In this document: piece by piece, positions 18,702 to 28,270 of the stretch | How positions within the stretch are numbered: the stretch's first letter is position 1 | Layout: every line of letters begins with the position of its first letter | Assembly: GCA_048499955.1 (NCBI GenBank) | Contig: JASNYX010000002.1 | Coordinates: 4,513-68,512 of the forward strand | DNA length: 64,000 nt | Direction of reading: 5' to 3' | DNA from: Patescibacteria group bacterium | GTDB taxonomy: Bacteria > Patescibacteriota > WWE3 > 2-01-FULL-39-13 | Position numbers and translations under genes: made by a program | The notes under the pieces: model-generated | The model's database searches: none | What the model saw: the letters and a program-made list of their open reading frames with translations, nothing else | What the model was told of the DNA's origin: nothing

Positions 18702-18876
18702 GTTTATATGTAATTCAAAACAAAGCAGCTTCCCCTACTTATAATGATATAAACCATTATTTACAAATACTATCGGCAGGAGTAGCTGTCCGATGCGAAA
18801 TCTCTGCAATCAGTTAACCAATACCGGTTTAGACGACGAGATATTTCGCTCCAGAACAATTATGACACAACGAGAT

Positions 18877-19674
18877 TCATTCAGCATATTTAATTAATGG
18901 CTTCGAAAACCTTAAATCTATAGTATCGATGTCTTTATTTTCAATCGTATACTTTTGCATAATTTTTTGCAATATTTTGGAAACTTCTTCGTAATTACTG
19001 ATAGATTTATCTTTGGGCAACAACACTTTACCCCCTTCTGCTAAATCAACAGAGATTTCTCCACCGGAAACGTTAATAATTGTTTTACCTGAAACATATG
19101 CGAATGAAGCTATTAAGTTACGGTCTGATATATTTTGCCCTAGCTCAAGATTCTGATCATATTTAACCTGTATTTCATACCCCAAATAGGCCCCTACGGT
19201 GTCCATCACGAAATATTCATCATCCAAAATAAATGTTCCATTCGGAGCTTGGATTATGTATGCCGCATTTCTTTTTTCCAAAACAACATTTAACATTCCA
19301 GGCCATATTTTTTCTGTACTGACCAGCTTGTAATCAGGAAAAGTGCCAACTACTAAATCCGACAAACTTTCCTTATCAACATAAAAAATCTTTACATCCT
19401 TCACATGCTCATTAAATGTATTCGACAAACCAATTAACTCATCACCACTAGCCCCTGAAATTGATATTTCCCTAATATTAAAAAAAGTGCTTATAAAAAT
19501 GAAATAATAGAGAATTACAAATATAGAAAAAAAACATATTAAACCAATAAATCTTGGATTAATTCTGCGGCGTGGTGAATGAACGTATTTATTCCGGCTC
19601 ACTGAATCTGGTACTCTTCGAGTCCTCCTACTTGTAACTGTTGATGCTCTGGTATTCCCGGGTGAAAAAAACAT
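18877..19674 (-). CDS. ftsQ: Cell division protein FtsQ/DivIB (POTRA domain)
   Basis: It has a basic cytoplasmic N-terminus and one TM helix, then a POTRA-like region (IREISISGASGDELIGLSNTFNEHV…). Its position between murG and ftsA fits. Confidence 0.7.
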   Translation of the reverse strand: MFFSPGNTRASTVTSRRTRRVPDSVSRNKYVHSPRRRINPRFIGLICFFSIFVILYYFIFISTFFNIREISISGASGDELIGLSNTFNEHVKDVKIFYVDKESLSDLVVGTFPDYKLVSTEKIWPGMLNVVLEKRNAAYIIQAPNGTFILDDEYFVMDTVGAYLGYEIQVKYDQNLELGQNISDRNLIASFAYVSGKTIINVSGGEISVDLAEGGKVLLPKDKSISNYEEVSKILQKIMQKYTIENKDIDTIDLRFSKPLIKYAE

Positions 19675-19693
19675 AGTTATTTTTGATAAGATA

Positions 19694-20842
19694 TCAGGAT
19701 TTTCTTTTTAATATCTGAACGATATCCCGACCTAAAATTTCACTACCATTTAAGATATAGTCAAAATCTTTTGAATTCTTCACTCGACTCGATGATCCCT
19801 GAAGAATGTCAGTAATAACTTGTAACAGATGTTCGGGGTTTGCGGATTCTTCCTCCATTACATAAGCTTGGCCAGTTTTTTGAAGCATCTTAGCGTTCTT
19901 ACGTTGTTCATCGTTCGAAGACCACGGTATTGGGATTAAAATTGCAGGCTTACCAAGTACCCCTAGCTCGTAAACGCTGTGTGCTCCGCTTCTCGAAAGC
20001 ACAATATCGCAGGAAGAATAAATCCCCCCGATTTCGTCCTCCATAAAATACTCTTTAATCAAAACCTGCTTCTGTAATCCTGACTTGTCGACAACGCCAA
20101 CAATTTCATTGTAGTCGGCCAGACCCTTTCGGTGCCCGCATGACCAAATGATATTAACAACTCGGCATAATCCCGGTAATGCCTTTAGCACTAAACTATT
20201 AATGAACATCGAACCTGCTTTTCCTCCTGTCACATATAAGATCGGGAGATTATTTTCGAAAACTATATTCTTTTCCCCGGATTTTAGTATCTGAAGAAGG
20301 TTTTTTCTCAAAGGCAATCCCGAATACATTAGCTTGCTTCGATTAACCCCGGCGTAATTTTCTACCGGCCAAGCAGTGTAAACTTTCTCAACAAATGGCT
20401 GAACAATCCTATTCGCTAAACCAATTGCGATGGTCTGTTCATGTGACACAGAAGGAATTCCAAGAATTTTGGCAGAAATGATAACCGGAACCGAGATATA
20501 CCCACCAAAGGAAATAATAATATCCGGCCTGTTATTCAACAAATATATAAAAGCACTTACAAACCCTACAGGAATCAAGCCTAAATTATAAAGGAATTGG
20601 GGGAAATACCTGATACTTCGGAATCTAAAATACTTTCCTGCTTTTAGATGCAAGAATTTCACATTACGTTTCGTAACCTCTTGGAATTCAGGTGTAAGTG
20701 AATAACCATCCACGTATTTTTTCCCGATCCAATAATAATCGAACTTACATGAGAGATCTGATGAATTATCTGACAGCCAATCAAGTACAGCTAGTGCAGA
20801 ATTGTGATGAGCACCGGTAAATAATACTTTATAAGTTTTCAT
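19694..20842 (-). CDS. murG: UDP-GlcNAc:lipid I N-acetylglucosaminyltransferase MurG (GT28)
   Basis: N-terminal Gly-rich loop FTGAHHNSALAV, an HEQT motif, and C-terminal RSGAHSVYELGVLGKPAILIP. It is co-linear with ftsW. Confidence 0.85.
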   Translation of the reverse strand: MKTYKVLFTGAHHNSALAVLDWLSDNSSDLSCKFDYYWIGKKYVDGYSLTPEFQEVTKRNVKFLHLKAGKYFRFRSIRYFPQFLYNLGLIPVGFVSAFIYLLNNRPDIIISFGGYISVPVIISAKILGIPSVSHEQTIAIGLANRIVQPFVEKVYTAWPVENYAGVNRSKLMYSGLPLRKNLLQILKSGEKNIVFENNLPILYVTGGKAGSMFINSLVLKALPGLCRVVNIIWSCGHRKGLADYNEIVGVVDKSGLQKQVLIKEYFMEDEIGGIYSSCDIVLSRSGAHSVYELGVLGKPAILIPIPWSSNDEQRKNAKMLQKTGQAYVMEEESANPEHLLQVITDILQGSSSRVKNSKDFDYILNGSEILGRDIVQILKRKS

Positions 20843-20847
20843 AAACT

Positions 20848-22131
20848 TTACCTTCTGTGAGACTCGGAAATACTCCTACTTACATTTAGCACAAGCCCGA
20901 GCCCCAGAAGCATAAACAGAGTAGACGATCCCCCATATGATACTAAGGGAAGCGGTACACCTGTTAATGGCATTATACGCACCATAGAAGTGAGATTCAT
21001 CAACGCTTGTATGGCAATCCAAATTGTAATCCCTTTTACTAATAATGAGCTAAAATTATCTTGTGTTTTCCTAGCTATATAAAAACACCTACCGATAAGC
21101 AATACAAATAGGGAAATTAAAAACAATGTCCCTAGGAACCCTAGTTCTTCGCCAACAACCGCAAAAATTGAGTCTCCTATTACTTCAGGTAGATACGCAT
21201 ACTTTTGACGAGAATTTCCAAAACCAAGCCCCCAAAAACCTCCGGATCCCAATGCAATCATTATCTGTCTGATGTGATATCCAGCACCAAGCTTATCAAT
21301 ATCATCGGGATTCAATAGCGTCTGTATTCTTTCCATACGATACGGCGAGCTTAATGCATATATTGTCGTGGCAATTCCAATTGGGAATAGATACAAAAAC
21401 AAAGTTTTTAGTGGAGCATACGCAAAATAAGCTACAGATATTAGGATTCCAAAGGTAATGAAAGCTGTGGTGAAATCAGGCTCCACTGCAATCAATCCCG
21501 CAATCGCTAAAATCGCAACCAGATAATTTCTAGTAAGTATTGATATGTCTTTTCCTCCGACAAACGACTTACTCACAACCTGAAAACTATTCACTCGAAA
21601 GAATCTTTGTCTGTTATTACCTCTAAAATTAAAGATACTGGATAAAACCGACTGAAACGGAAGCTTCTCATGACCGGTAAAAAATGCTGCCCCGAAAATT
21701 ATTCCCGCTAGCTTAGTAAATTCGCTAGGCTGAAAGCCTACTATCCCAATCATGGGAATTCGAGGAAGCGGATCAGGGTTGAGATATAACCAACGCCTAG
21801 CTCCATAGATTTCAGGAGAAAATGGAGTCGGGAGAAGAATAAAAGCCAAAAAACAAATTGCTAATCCTATCAAAAAACCTGCGTATTTCTTTACAAGCTC
21901 CAAATTAATTACGGACATCACAAAACATCCGATAAGGCCAAGACAGATCCAACACGCTTGAAGTATTAAGAATCTATATTTTGTTCCGAAGTTCTGTTCC
22001 GCGTAAAAAGCCGAGGCATCAAAGACCATCAATACGCCGAAAGTTAATAGAACCAGCATTACCACAAGTAGGAATTTATCAACTTCTCCAATGCCTTTAG
22101 CTGCTAGAATGGTTTTTCTGTTACTTATCAT
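20848..22131 (-). CDS. ftsW: SEDS-family peptidoglycan glycosyltransferase FtsW
   Basis: 10-TM protein with the conserved C-terminal motif LPLVSYGGSSTLFMLLGLGLVLNVSR. Confidence 0.9.
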   Translation of the reverse strand: MISNRKTILAAKGIGEVDKFLLVVMLVLLTFGVLMVFDASAFYAEQNFGTKYRFLILQACWICLGLIGCFVMSVINLELVKKYAGFLIGLAICFLAFILLPTPFSPEIYGARRWLYLNPDPLPRIPMIGIVGFQPSEFTKLAGIIFGAAFFTGHEKLPFQSVLSSIFNFRGNNRQRFFRVNSFQVVSKSFVGGKDISILTRNYLVAILAIAGLIAVEPDFTTAFITFGILISVAYFAYAPLKTLFLYLFPIGIATTIYALSSPYRMERIQTLLNPDDIDKLGAGYHIRQIMIALGSGGFWGLGFGNSRQKYAYLPEVIGDSIFAVVGEELGFLGTLFLISLFVLLIGRCFYIARKTQDNFSSLLVKGITIWIAIQALMNLTSMVRIMPLTGVPLPLVSYGGSSTLFMLLGLGLVLNVSRSISESHRR

Positions 22132-22149
22132 TTATTATAATTCTATCTT

Positions 22150-22980
22150 ATGATTAATAACTTCTTTAGGGTTATTCTTAAAAATGGTCTCGCTATATTA
22201 TCGAGGATGGCAATTAACAAGCATAAGCCGATAATAATCGCTGTATTAGGCAATAATTATGCTTCATTTGCAAAAGAGGCAATCTATGCGATTACTTCTC
22301 TGCGTTACAATACTCGACGAAATCTGGAAAACCCTGATAGTGAATTCAGCATACCACTAACAATTCTTGGTGAATTATCTTACCCGCACACCTATACTCA
22401 ATGGATCCATGTGATCATTAAGAATACATTGAGAACAGCATATTTAAAACCATATAACCACCTTCTGGTTATTCAGATCAAAAATATTACTAATCCGATC
22501 CATGACTATTGGCTGACTAGAATCAGGCCTCAATTCATAATAGACACTTCAAACTGGACAAAAGAAAACATCGAAGAACTCCTCGAAGGTAAAATACCTG
22601 ACGAATTTATACCGATATTAAATGCCCTCGACATAGATATCGCAACATCTGAAGAAATACTGAAAAGCAACTTTTTTCCCACCTCAAGAATTAGTATTAT
22701 TCCTGCGAAGAAAGATTCGTATATTATCGACGCACGCCACTACTACTTCCCCCCAAAGGTAAAAACCATCGTGGAAATCGCAGATTCATTAGGAGCAAGC
22801 AAATACCTTATAACTTCATTAAAAGACGATAGTAAACGTTTTCCGGACGATTACAAAGATATCGAATACATTGACGAGATTGATAAATTCCCCTCCAACT
22901 CGGTTTTCATTTTTCGGGGTTCAAAAAACGAATTTTCCAATGAAATCCGGGAACTCTCAGTTAATGATTTGGAAATATAA
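22150..22980 (+). CDS. Hypothetical protein co-transcribed with the ECF sigma factor
   Basis: 276 aa. Its stop overlaps the sigma-factor ATG (TAATG). The N-terminus KPIIIAVLGNNYASFAKEAIYAI weakly resembles the position of a Mur-ligase P-loop but lacks GKT. No confident family assignment. Confidence 0.5.
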   Translation: MINNFFRVILKNGLAILSRMAINKHKPIIIAVLGNNYASFAKEAIYAITSLRYNTRRNLENPDSEFSIPLTILGELSYPHTYTQWIHVIIKNTLRTAYLKPYNHLLVIQIKNITNPIHDYWLTRIRPQFIIDTSNWTKENIEELLEGKIPDEFIPILNALDIDIATSEEILKSNFFPTSRISIIPAKKDSYIIDARHYYFPPKVKTIVEIADSLGASKYLITSLKDDSKRFPDDYKDIEYIDEIDKFPSNSVFIFRGSKNEFSNEIRELSVNDLEI

Positions 22981-23543
22981 TGATCGCCACAAAGAATGAC
23001 GACGAAAAAAAATTAGTAGAAGCAGCTCAGAAGGATCCTGAATCACTCGGTAAGCTATATGAGGCCTACAATAGTAAAATCCGCAACTACATCCTTTCCA
23101 AAGTGAACAATGACAAATATATTGCTGACGATTTAACTTCAAGCATATTCGAGAAAATGGTCTCGAATATAAAGAATTATAAATGGCAAGGAATCACATT
23201 TTCTGCCTGGCTGTACAGAATTGCAAACAACACTTTAATCGACTATTATCGTGCGTATAAAAACACGAAAAAGCTCGATGAAAATTCCGAAGCAAATGTT
23301 AAAGACCCAAATCTCAATGTAGAAGAAAGCCTCACGACATTTGACAGTGCATCACGCATTCGAAGTCTTCTCAACAAATTGAACACGAGAGAGAAAGAAA
23401 TAGTAATGCTCAAGTTTTATGAAGGATACACTAACAAAGAAATTTCTGATAAATTGGGGATCAGTGAGTCAAACGTAGGGACTATTGTCCACAGATCGAT
23501 ATTGAAACTTAGACAAGATTCATCACTCCAAAGTTATATCTAG
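22980..23543 (+). CDS. RNA polymerase sigma factor, ECF/sigma-70 family
   Basis: Region 2 (…WLYRIANNTLIDYYR…) and region 4 HTH (…EISDKLGISESNVGTIVHRSILKLR…) are present. Confidence 0.85.
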   Translation: MIATKNDDEKKLVEAAQKDPESLGKLYEAYNSKIRNYILSKVNNDKYIADDLTSSIFEKMVSNIKNYKWQGITFSAWLYRIANNTLIDYYRAYKNTKKLDENSEANVKDPNLNVEESLTTFDSASRIRSLLNKLNTREKEIVMLKFYEGYTNKEISDKLGISESNVGTIVHRSILKLRQDSSLQSYI

Positions 23544-24737
23544 ATTAAGATTCATTAAATTATCACGCAGGTTTTGGGAGAAATAATCCACATAATCTAT
23601 CCCGGATACCCAACTTCTACCATCATTAATAAAAGAAGACACCAAAATTGGGAGGTTTATACCCGTGAATTCGGAAACTCTGAAGTTATTCCTAACTAAT
23701 CCGATTCTCGAGGGCTTAATCATAATTTCAACATAGCCTGATTTATCCTTTGCCGGATAATGATCATTCCTACATTTAATTATGTTTAATTCTTTACCCA
23801 GAAGATCCAACTCATCTTTTGGTGGGGTGGAAATTCGTACGTTCTTCTCTGATAAAAGCGATGTAATTAAAATCAGATAGCCTAATTCATCAAGTGCAAT
23901 ATGAGGATACACATAAATGTTAGACAGATCCTTTTTCTCATACCAAAGCTTTAGACGGTTATCAATAATTTCATAGTTCGCACCAACATCCACAAGTTTA
24001 AGTAAAAAGTTAAGGTATCGCGTTAGATCAAAATTCGCAAATTCGATATCTCCATCCGTTAATATCCCCAATGCTGCAAAAAAATTGAATTCAAGAAGTG
24101 ATAATGGACAATCCTGTCGAACCGACGTACTACCGTTAAGCAATAGTGCCAAATTGGGGTTATGCTCATTATATGTAACTCTAATGTTAGGGAATAATTT
24201 TTTCAGTAATAGCTTACCGGCGACCTTGTAGATATCTTCGTCAGCGTCAGCCCTTAATGTGACGGAGGTCGATTCAGTATCAAGGGGTGCAATCAGGTTA
24301 ACTCTTCCGTTATAGACATTTCGCTTAATTCCTAACGAAACATAAAATTTGATCTGCTCTCTGATAATATTCGCAGTCTCAATACTAATGCTTATTTCTT
24401 TTTCCCTCTGAAATAAAGCCGGAATAACTAAATTTAAATAAGGATATTGATGCTCTAAAAAGTTAAGCTCCGTGTTTACTCCTGAATCAATTTTTAAATT
24501 TATTTGATTTACAGTAAGCCATTTCACTTGCACACCAATATTGACGATAAAATCAAGAAAATCGAGCATGAGTTGACACCGAGGAACATTGGTGAGTTGT
24601 AATTCTGTTCGTTTGGAAGCGATAAAATCTGCAATTATCAATATAGCCGCATATACGTCACCGGAAATTTCAACTACTCCGTAGGCGGGCTTTCCGCCTT
24701 TTATGTGCATTAATTGGGATTTTTGTAACTCCGCCAT
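23523..24737 (-). CDS. MurA-like (EPSP-synthase fold) protein, apparently lacking catalytic Lys and Cys
   Basis: The N-terminal pattern IKGGKPAYGVVEISGDVYAAILIIADFIAS…LTNVPR…L…GVQV matches the MurA N-terminus (I.GG…G.V.ISGAKNAAL…N.P). However, the AKN lysine is replaced by DVY, and no GGC catalytic-cysteine loop is recognisable. Confidence 0.45.
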   Translation of the reverse strand: MAELQKSQLMHIKGGKPAYGVVEISGDVYAAILIIADFIASKRTELQLTNVPRCQLMLDFLDFIVNIGVQVKWLTVNQINLKIDSGVNTELNFLEHQYPYLNLVIPALFQREKEISISIETANIIREQIKFYVSLGIKRNVYNGRVNLIAPLDTESTSVTLRADADEDIYKVAGKLLLKKLFPNIRVTYNEHNPNLALLLNGSTSVRQDCPLSLLEFNFFAALGILTDGDIEFANFDLTRYLNFLLKLVDVGANYEIIDNRLKLWYEKKDLSNIYVYPHIALDELGYLILITSLLSEKNVRISTPPKDELDLLGKELNIIKCRNDHYPAKDKSGYVEIMIKPSRIGLVRNNFRVSEFTGINLPILVSSFINDGRSWVSGIDYVDYFSQNLRDNLMNLNLDITLE

Positions 24738-24759
24738 AAAATATAAGTAGAATTATACC

Positions 24760-26469
24760 TTAATTTGATTGCGGCCTATCCGGTAGCAAACCATAATAGT
24801 CTGCGATATCTTCTGCAATCCGCATCCATAGCGGTACTGCAGTTTCAGCAGCATATCCACTAGGATTACTGGGTTCTTCCAACCTTACAATCATAACGAA
24901 ATTTTTATAAGTTGGGAAAAAGCCTACAAAGGTTGCATTTGTACGATGTGGGGCGTACCCACCTCGCACAGGAATCTGTGCTGTTCCGGTTTTTCCGGCG
25001 ATTAAATATTTTTTCGACACAAAATATTTTGCTTCTCCACCGGAAACCGTTTGAGTCAACATCTCGACCATAGTTTTTGCTGTGTTTTCGGATATTGGTC
25101 GATCGAGTATTTCCGGCTCCACTTTTATTACCTTATCAGGGGATATAATCTCTGAAACTAAATGAGGTCGCATAAGCTTGCCTTCGTTTGCAATCAAAGC
25201 AAATGAGGAAAGTACCTGTATCGGTGTAACCGAAATGCCTTGGCCAAATGAAGCATTGGCGAGCTCGATGTCCTTGAGTGGAAACTTCTTGTGCATAAGC
25301 CCTAATTCCTCACCCTCAAGATCAATGTTTGTGTATCGCCCTAAGCTAAAGTTGTTAAAATATTTGAAAAGGGTTTCTGAGCCGACCTTTTGACCTACCC
25401 AAGCAATCGCCAAATTATTGGAAAGCTGTAGTACCTGAGTCATATCAATAACACCATGGTTTTTCCCATCCCAGTTATTTACTTTGTATCCGGAAAACTC
25501 TCTAGGTCCTGTGTCATTATAAGTAGTCCCCAGATCAACCGCACCTAAATCAATTGCCGCCGCCATAGTTATAGCTTTTATCACTGAACCAGGTTCATAA
25601 ACTGACGAAATAATATCGTTTCGAACATCATCTAGGTTTAAATTTCGTTTATCAGCGGAAGGGTCAAACGGTGGATACTTTGCCATTGCAAGAACTTCAC
25701 CGGTTTTAGGATCCATTACTACTACATTCCCGCTTAATGCATTGTATCGGTCAACTCCATCTTTTAGATGATTCTCAACAATAAATTGAATATTCCTATC
25801 AATTGTTAAAACAAGGTCACTTCCATCTACCTCGGGAAGCTTTTCGGCACCACCCCATAAAATTGGGTCACCTATCGCTGATTTTTCAGTTAAGGTCCAC
25901 CCATCATGACCTTTTAGATATCCATCATAATACTGTTCCAGTCCGTAATACCCAACTTCGTTACCCGCCTTGTCTCTTCCAATAAATCCTAAAGCGTTCG
26001 ACAACATTGTGTGCTCCGGATAAAAACGGGAATATGCTTCCTCGAAGCGTATCTCAGGATTCTCAGAAAGCATCGCCTCTTTGATTTCCCAGTTAACCGG
26101 AATCGGAATTTTCACAACTTCTCCCTCTAGATTAGTAGCGTTAATTATCTCCATTTGGGAATCGGTATAATGCTTCGATAGATATTTTTTGAATTCGGAT
26201 AAATCTTTATACCCCGACATCAGGAATCTAGGATAATAACTGGTTATAGAAAATACTACAGGGTAGCGATCTGATGTATAAATAGTACCTCTTTTTGCGG
26301 GAATTTTATTACTAAACCAATGTTGCTCCCTAGCCTGAGCTTTGTACTTAGAGGCGTTAATAACTTGAATTTGAAACAACCTTGAGACGACAAGAAAAAA
26401 TAAAAAGAAGACTACTAACTGGACGAGCTTATCTCTATCCATAAAGATTTTTGGCCATATTTTCTTCAT
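24760..26469 (-). CDS. ftsI: Penicillin-binding protein, FtsI-type transpeptidase
   Basis: It has an N-terminal TM anchor, a dimerisation domain, and the transpeptidase motifs SVIK, SNN and KTGT. Confidence 0.9.
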   Translation of the reverse strand: MKKIWPKIFMDRDKLVQLVVFFLFFLVVSRLFQIQVINASKYKAQAREQHWFSNKIPAKRGTIYTSDRYPVVFSITSYYPRFLMSGYKDLSEFKKYLSKHYTDSQMEIINATNLEGEVVKIPIPVNWEIKEAMLSENPEIRFEEAYSRFYPEHTMLSNALGFIGRDKAGNEVGYYGLEQYYDGYLKGHDGWTLTEKSAIGDPILWGGAEKLPEVDGSDLVLTIDRNIQFIVENHLKDGVDRYNALSGNVVVMDPKTGEVLAMAKYPPFDPSADKRNLNLDDVRNDIISSVYEPGSVIKAITMAAAIDLGAVDLGTTYNDTGPREFSGYKVNNWDGKNHGVIDMTQVLQLSNNLAIAWVGQKVGSETLFKYFNNFSLGRYTNIDLEGEELGLMHKKFPLKDIELANASFGQGISVTPIQVLSSFALIANEGKLMRPHLVSEIISPDKVIKVEPEILDRPISENTAKTMVEMLTQTVSGGEAKYFVSKKYLIAGKTGTAQIPVRGGYAPHRTNATFVGFFPTYKNFVMIVRLEEPSNPSGYAAETAVPLWMRIAEDIADYYGLLPDRPQSN

Positions 26470-26474
26470 AAAAA

Positions 26475-26762
26475 TTATCTGGAGGCAAATTCAGGAGTAG
26501 TGTAGAAATCGATTCTTCCTTTGGCAAAACCTTCCTCAAGAGCCTTATTGCTAACCGTATTGAGAGATGACATTGTGTAATATGTCGCCATTAAGTACTC
26601 GTTCTCCTTTGAAAGACTTTCGATTTTTTTCTCAACAATCCTTAATTCTTCACCTTTACCTACATTAGCATTTGAGAAGTACATTCCAACCACTCCGGTT
26701 ATTACGAACAAGATAGTTAGAAAGATATTAAGCTTTGATATATAACTATTATTATTTTTCAT
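26475..26762 (-). CDS. ftsL: FtsL-like cell division protein (TM helix + coiled coil)
   Basis: 95 aa with one TM helix followed by a coiled-coil segment (EELRIVEKKIESLSKENEYLMATYY). It lies between rsmH and ftsI. Confidence 0.6.
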   Translation of the reverse strand: MKNNNSYISKLNIFLTILFVITGVVGMYFSNANVGKGEELRIVEKKIESLSKENEYLMATYYTMSSLNTVSNKALEEGFAKGRIDFYTTPEFASR

Positions 26763-27621
26763 ACGCCCTCAACTTAGCACTACGCGAAGATGGATTCTTG
26801 AAAATTTCATCTTCCGTCGGAACAACCGGTTCATCTGTAATCGGTTTAAGTTCGGGGTTCCGCTTTAATTCCTTAGCTATACGATCCTCTAAAGAATGAA
26901 AAGATATGATCACCAAACGACCATTTTTGTTTAACAACGGAACAGCCCGACTTAAACTTTCCCGTAAATTTTCTAGCTCACTATTAACTGCGATCCGCAA
27001 CGCTTGAAAAACCCTTGTAGCAGGATGCACTCGACTTTCCCTATATCTCGAAGCGGCTTTTATCACTTCTGAAATGCTTTTCGAGGTAAAGGATGAGTTT
27101 ATTCTTGCGTAATTTTTAATTGCCCTGGCAAAATTTTTCGCCTGAGGCTCTTCGCCGAAATTCAAAAACAAATCAGCGAGCTCATTTTCAGACAGACCCT
27201 TGATCAAATCTTCAGCTTTAACTTGGAGACTGTCATCCATCCGCATATCAAGGGGTCCCTCGTCTTCATAGCTGAAACCTTTGTCTAAATCTTTTAGTTG
27301 AAATGTGCTTAAGCCCAAATCATAGAGGATCCCATCAACACTGTTCCAACCGTTTTCTTGTATTTTCGTATCAATTTCCCTAAAGTTAGCTTTTACTATT
27401 CGCAACTGACCTAAATCCAGATAAGTTGCAAGCCTCTTGCTTGCAAACTCAATTGCACTTTGGTCAACTTCGAATGCTAAAACATTTCCACCCATACCCA
27501 GGATTTTTTCGGTATGGCCACCACCACCTAAATTGCAATCTATATAACGAGCCTCAGGCTTAATGTTGAGAAAATGAATCGCCTCGTAAAGCAAAACACT
27601 TAGATGCTCACTTTGGTACAT
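26752..27621 (-). CDS. rsmH: 16S rRNA (cytosine1402-N4)-methyltransferase RsmH (MraW)
   Basis: SAM-binding motif YIDCNLGGGGHTEKIL and the conserved LGLSTFQL region are present. Confidence 0.9.
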   Translation of the reverse strand: MYQSEHLSVLLYEAIHFLNIKPEARYIDCNLGGGGHTEKILGMGGNVLAFEVDQSAIEFASKRLATYLDLGQLRIVKANFREIDTKIQENGWNSVDGILYDLGLSTFQLKDLDKGFSYEDEGPLDMRMDDSLQVKAEDLIKGLSENELADLFLNFGEEPQAKNFARAIKNYARINSSFTSKSISEVIKAASRYRESRVHPATRVFQALRIAVNSELENLRESLSRAVPLLNKNGRLVIISFHSLEDRIAKELKRNPELKPITDEPVVPTEDEIFKNPSSRSAKLRAYEK

Positions 27622-27630
27622 ATAATTCTC

Positions 27631-28086
27631 CTACTCGCTTTCGTTATTGCCGGGAACAAGATTCGACAGTTTTTCACCTATAATGGAACTATTTTTTTCT
27701 ATCTCCTCAATTTTTATTATCCAACGTGACATATCCCAAAGTTCAACCCACCGACCTAGGCCGACAAAAACACCCTCATCTTTTAACGCTGAATAACCCA
27801 TAAGATATGGTGGGACCACGAATCTACCCTGAGAATCTAATTCGACTTCGGAAGCACTCCCCAAAAGGAAACGACTGGTATCTCTAATAAGTCCTGAGAC
27901 GAAAGGCCCGGAAATACTATCCCGAACCATTTCCTCCCATTGGGCAGGGGACATTATCACGAGACACCCCTCGTATCCCTTTGTGACAATAAGCTTGCTA
28001 CCTATGTCTTCTCGGAACTTCTTGGGAAAAGCTATGCGGTTTTTTTCACCTACTTTTTGGTGATACTCTCCTATAACCATCGGCAT
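27631..28086 (-). CDS. mraZ: Transcriptional regulator MraZ
   Basis: Two SpoVT/AbrB-like repeats carry the DxxxR motifs (GEKNRIAFPKKFRE and LDSQGRFVVPPYL). Confidence 0.9.
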   Translation of the reverse strand: MPMVIGEYHQKVGEKNRIAFPKKFREDIGSKLIVTKGYEGCLVIMSPAQWEEMVRDSISGPFVSGLIRDTSRFLLGSASEVELDSQGRFVVPPYLMGYSALKDEGVFVGLGRWVELWDMSRWIIKIEEIEKNSSIIGEKLSNLVPGNNESE

Positions 28087-28270
28087 CGGGGTAGACCCTT
28101 TTAATGAACTACTGATAAACTGCCGTGAAAAATGTTGGCAGGATTTTAATGTGCAAAATCTCCATACCTATTCCGCCACACATCACCACTTGTCACCACT
28201 CTTATTTGTAATAATAAGTCAGCACCAACAAGTCAGCAATACGAATAAGTACCGTAAGCACATAAATGAC

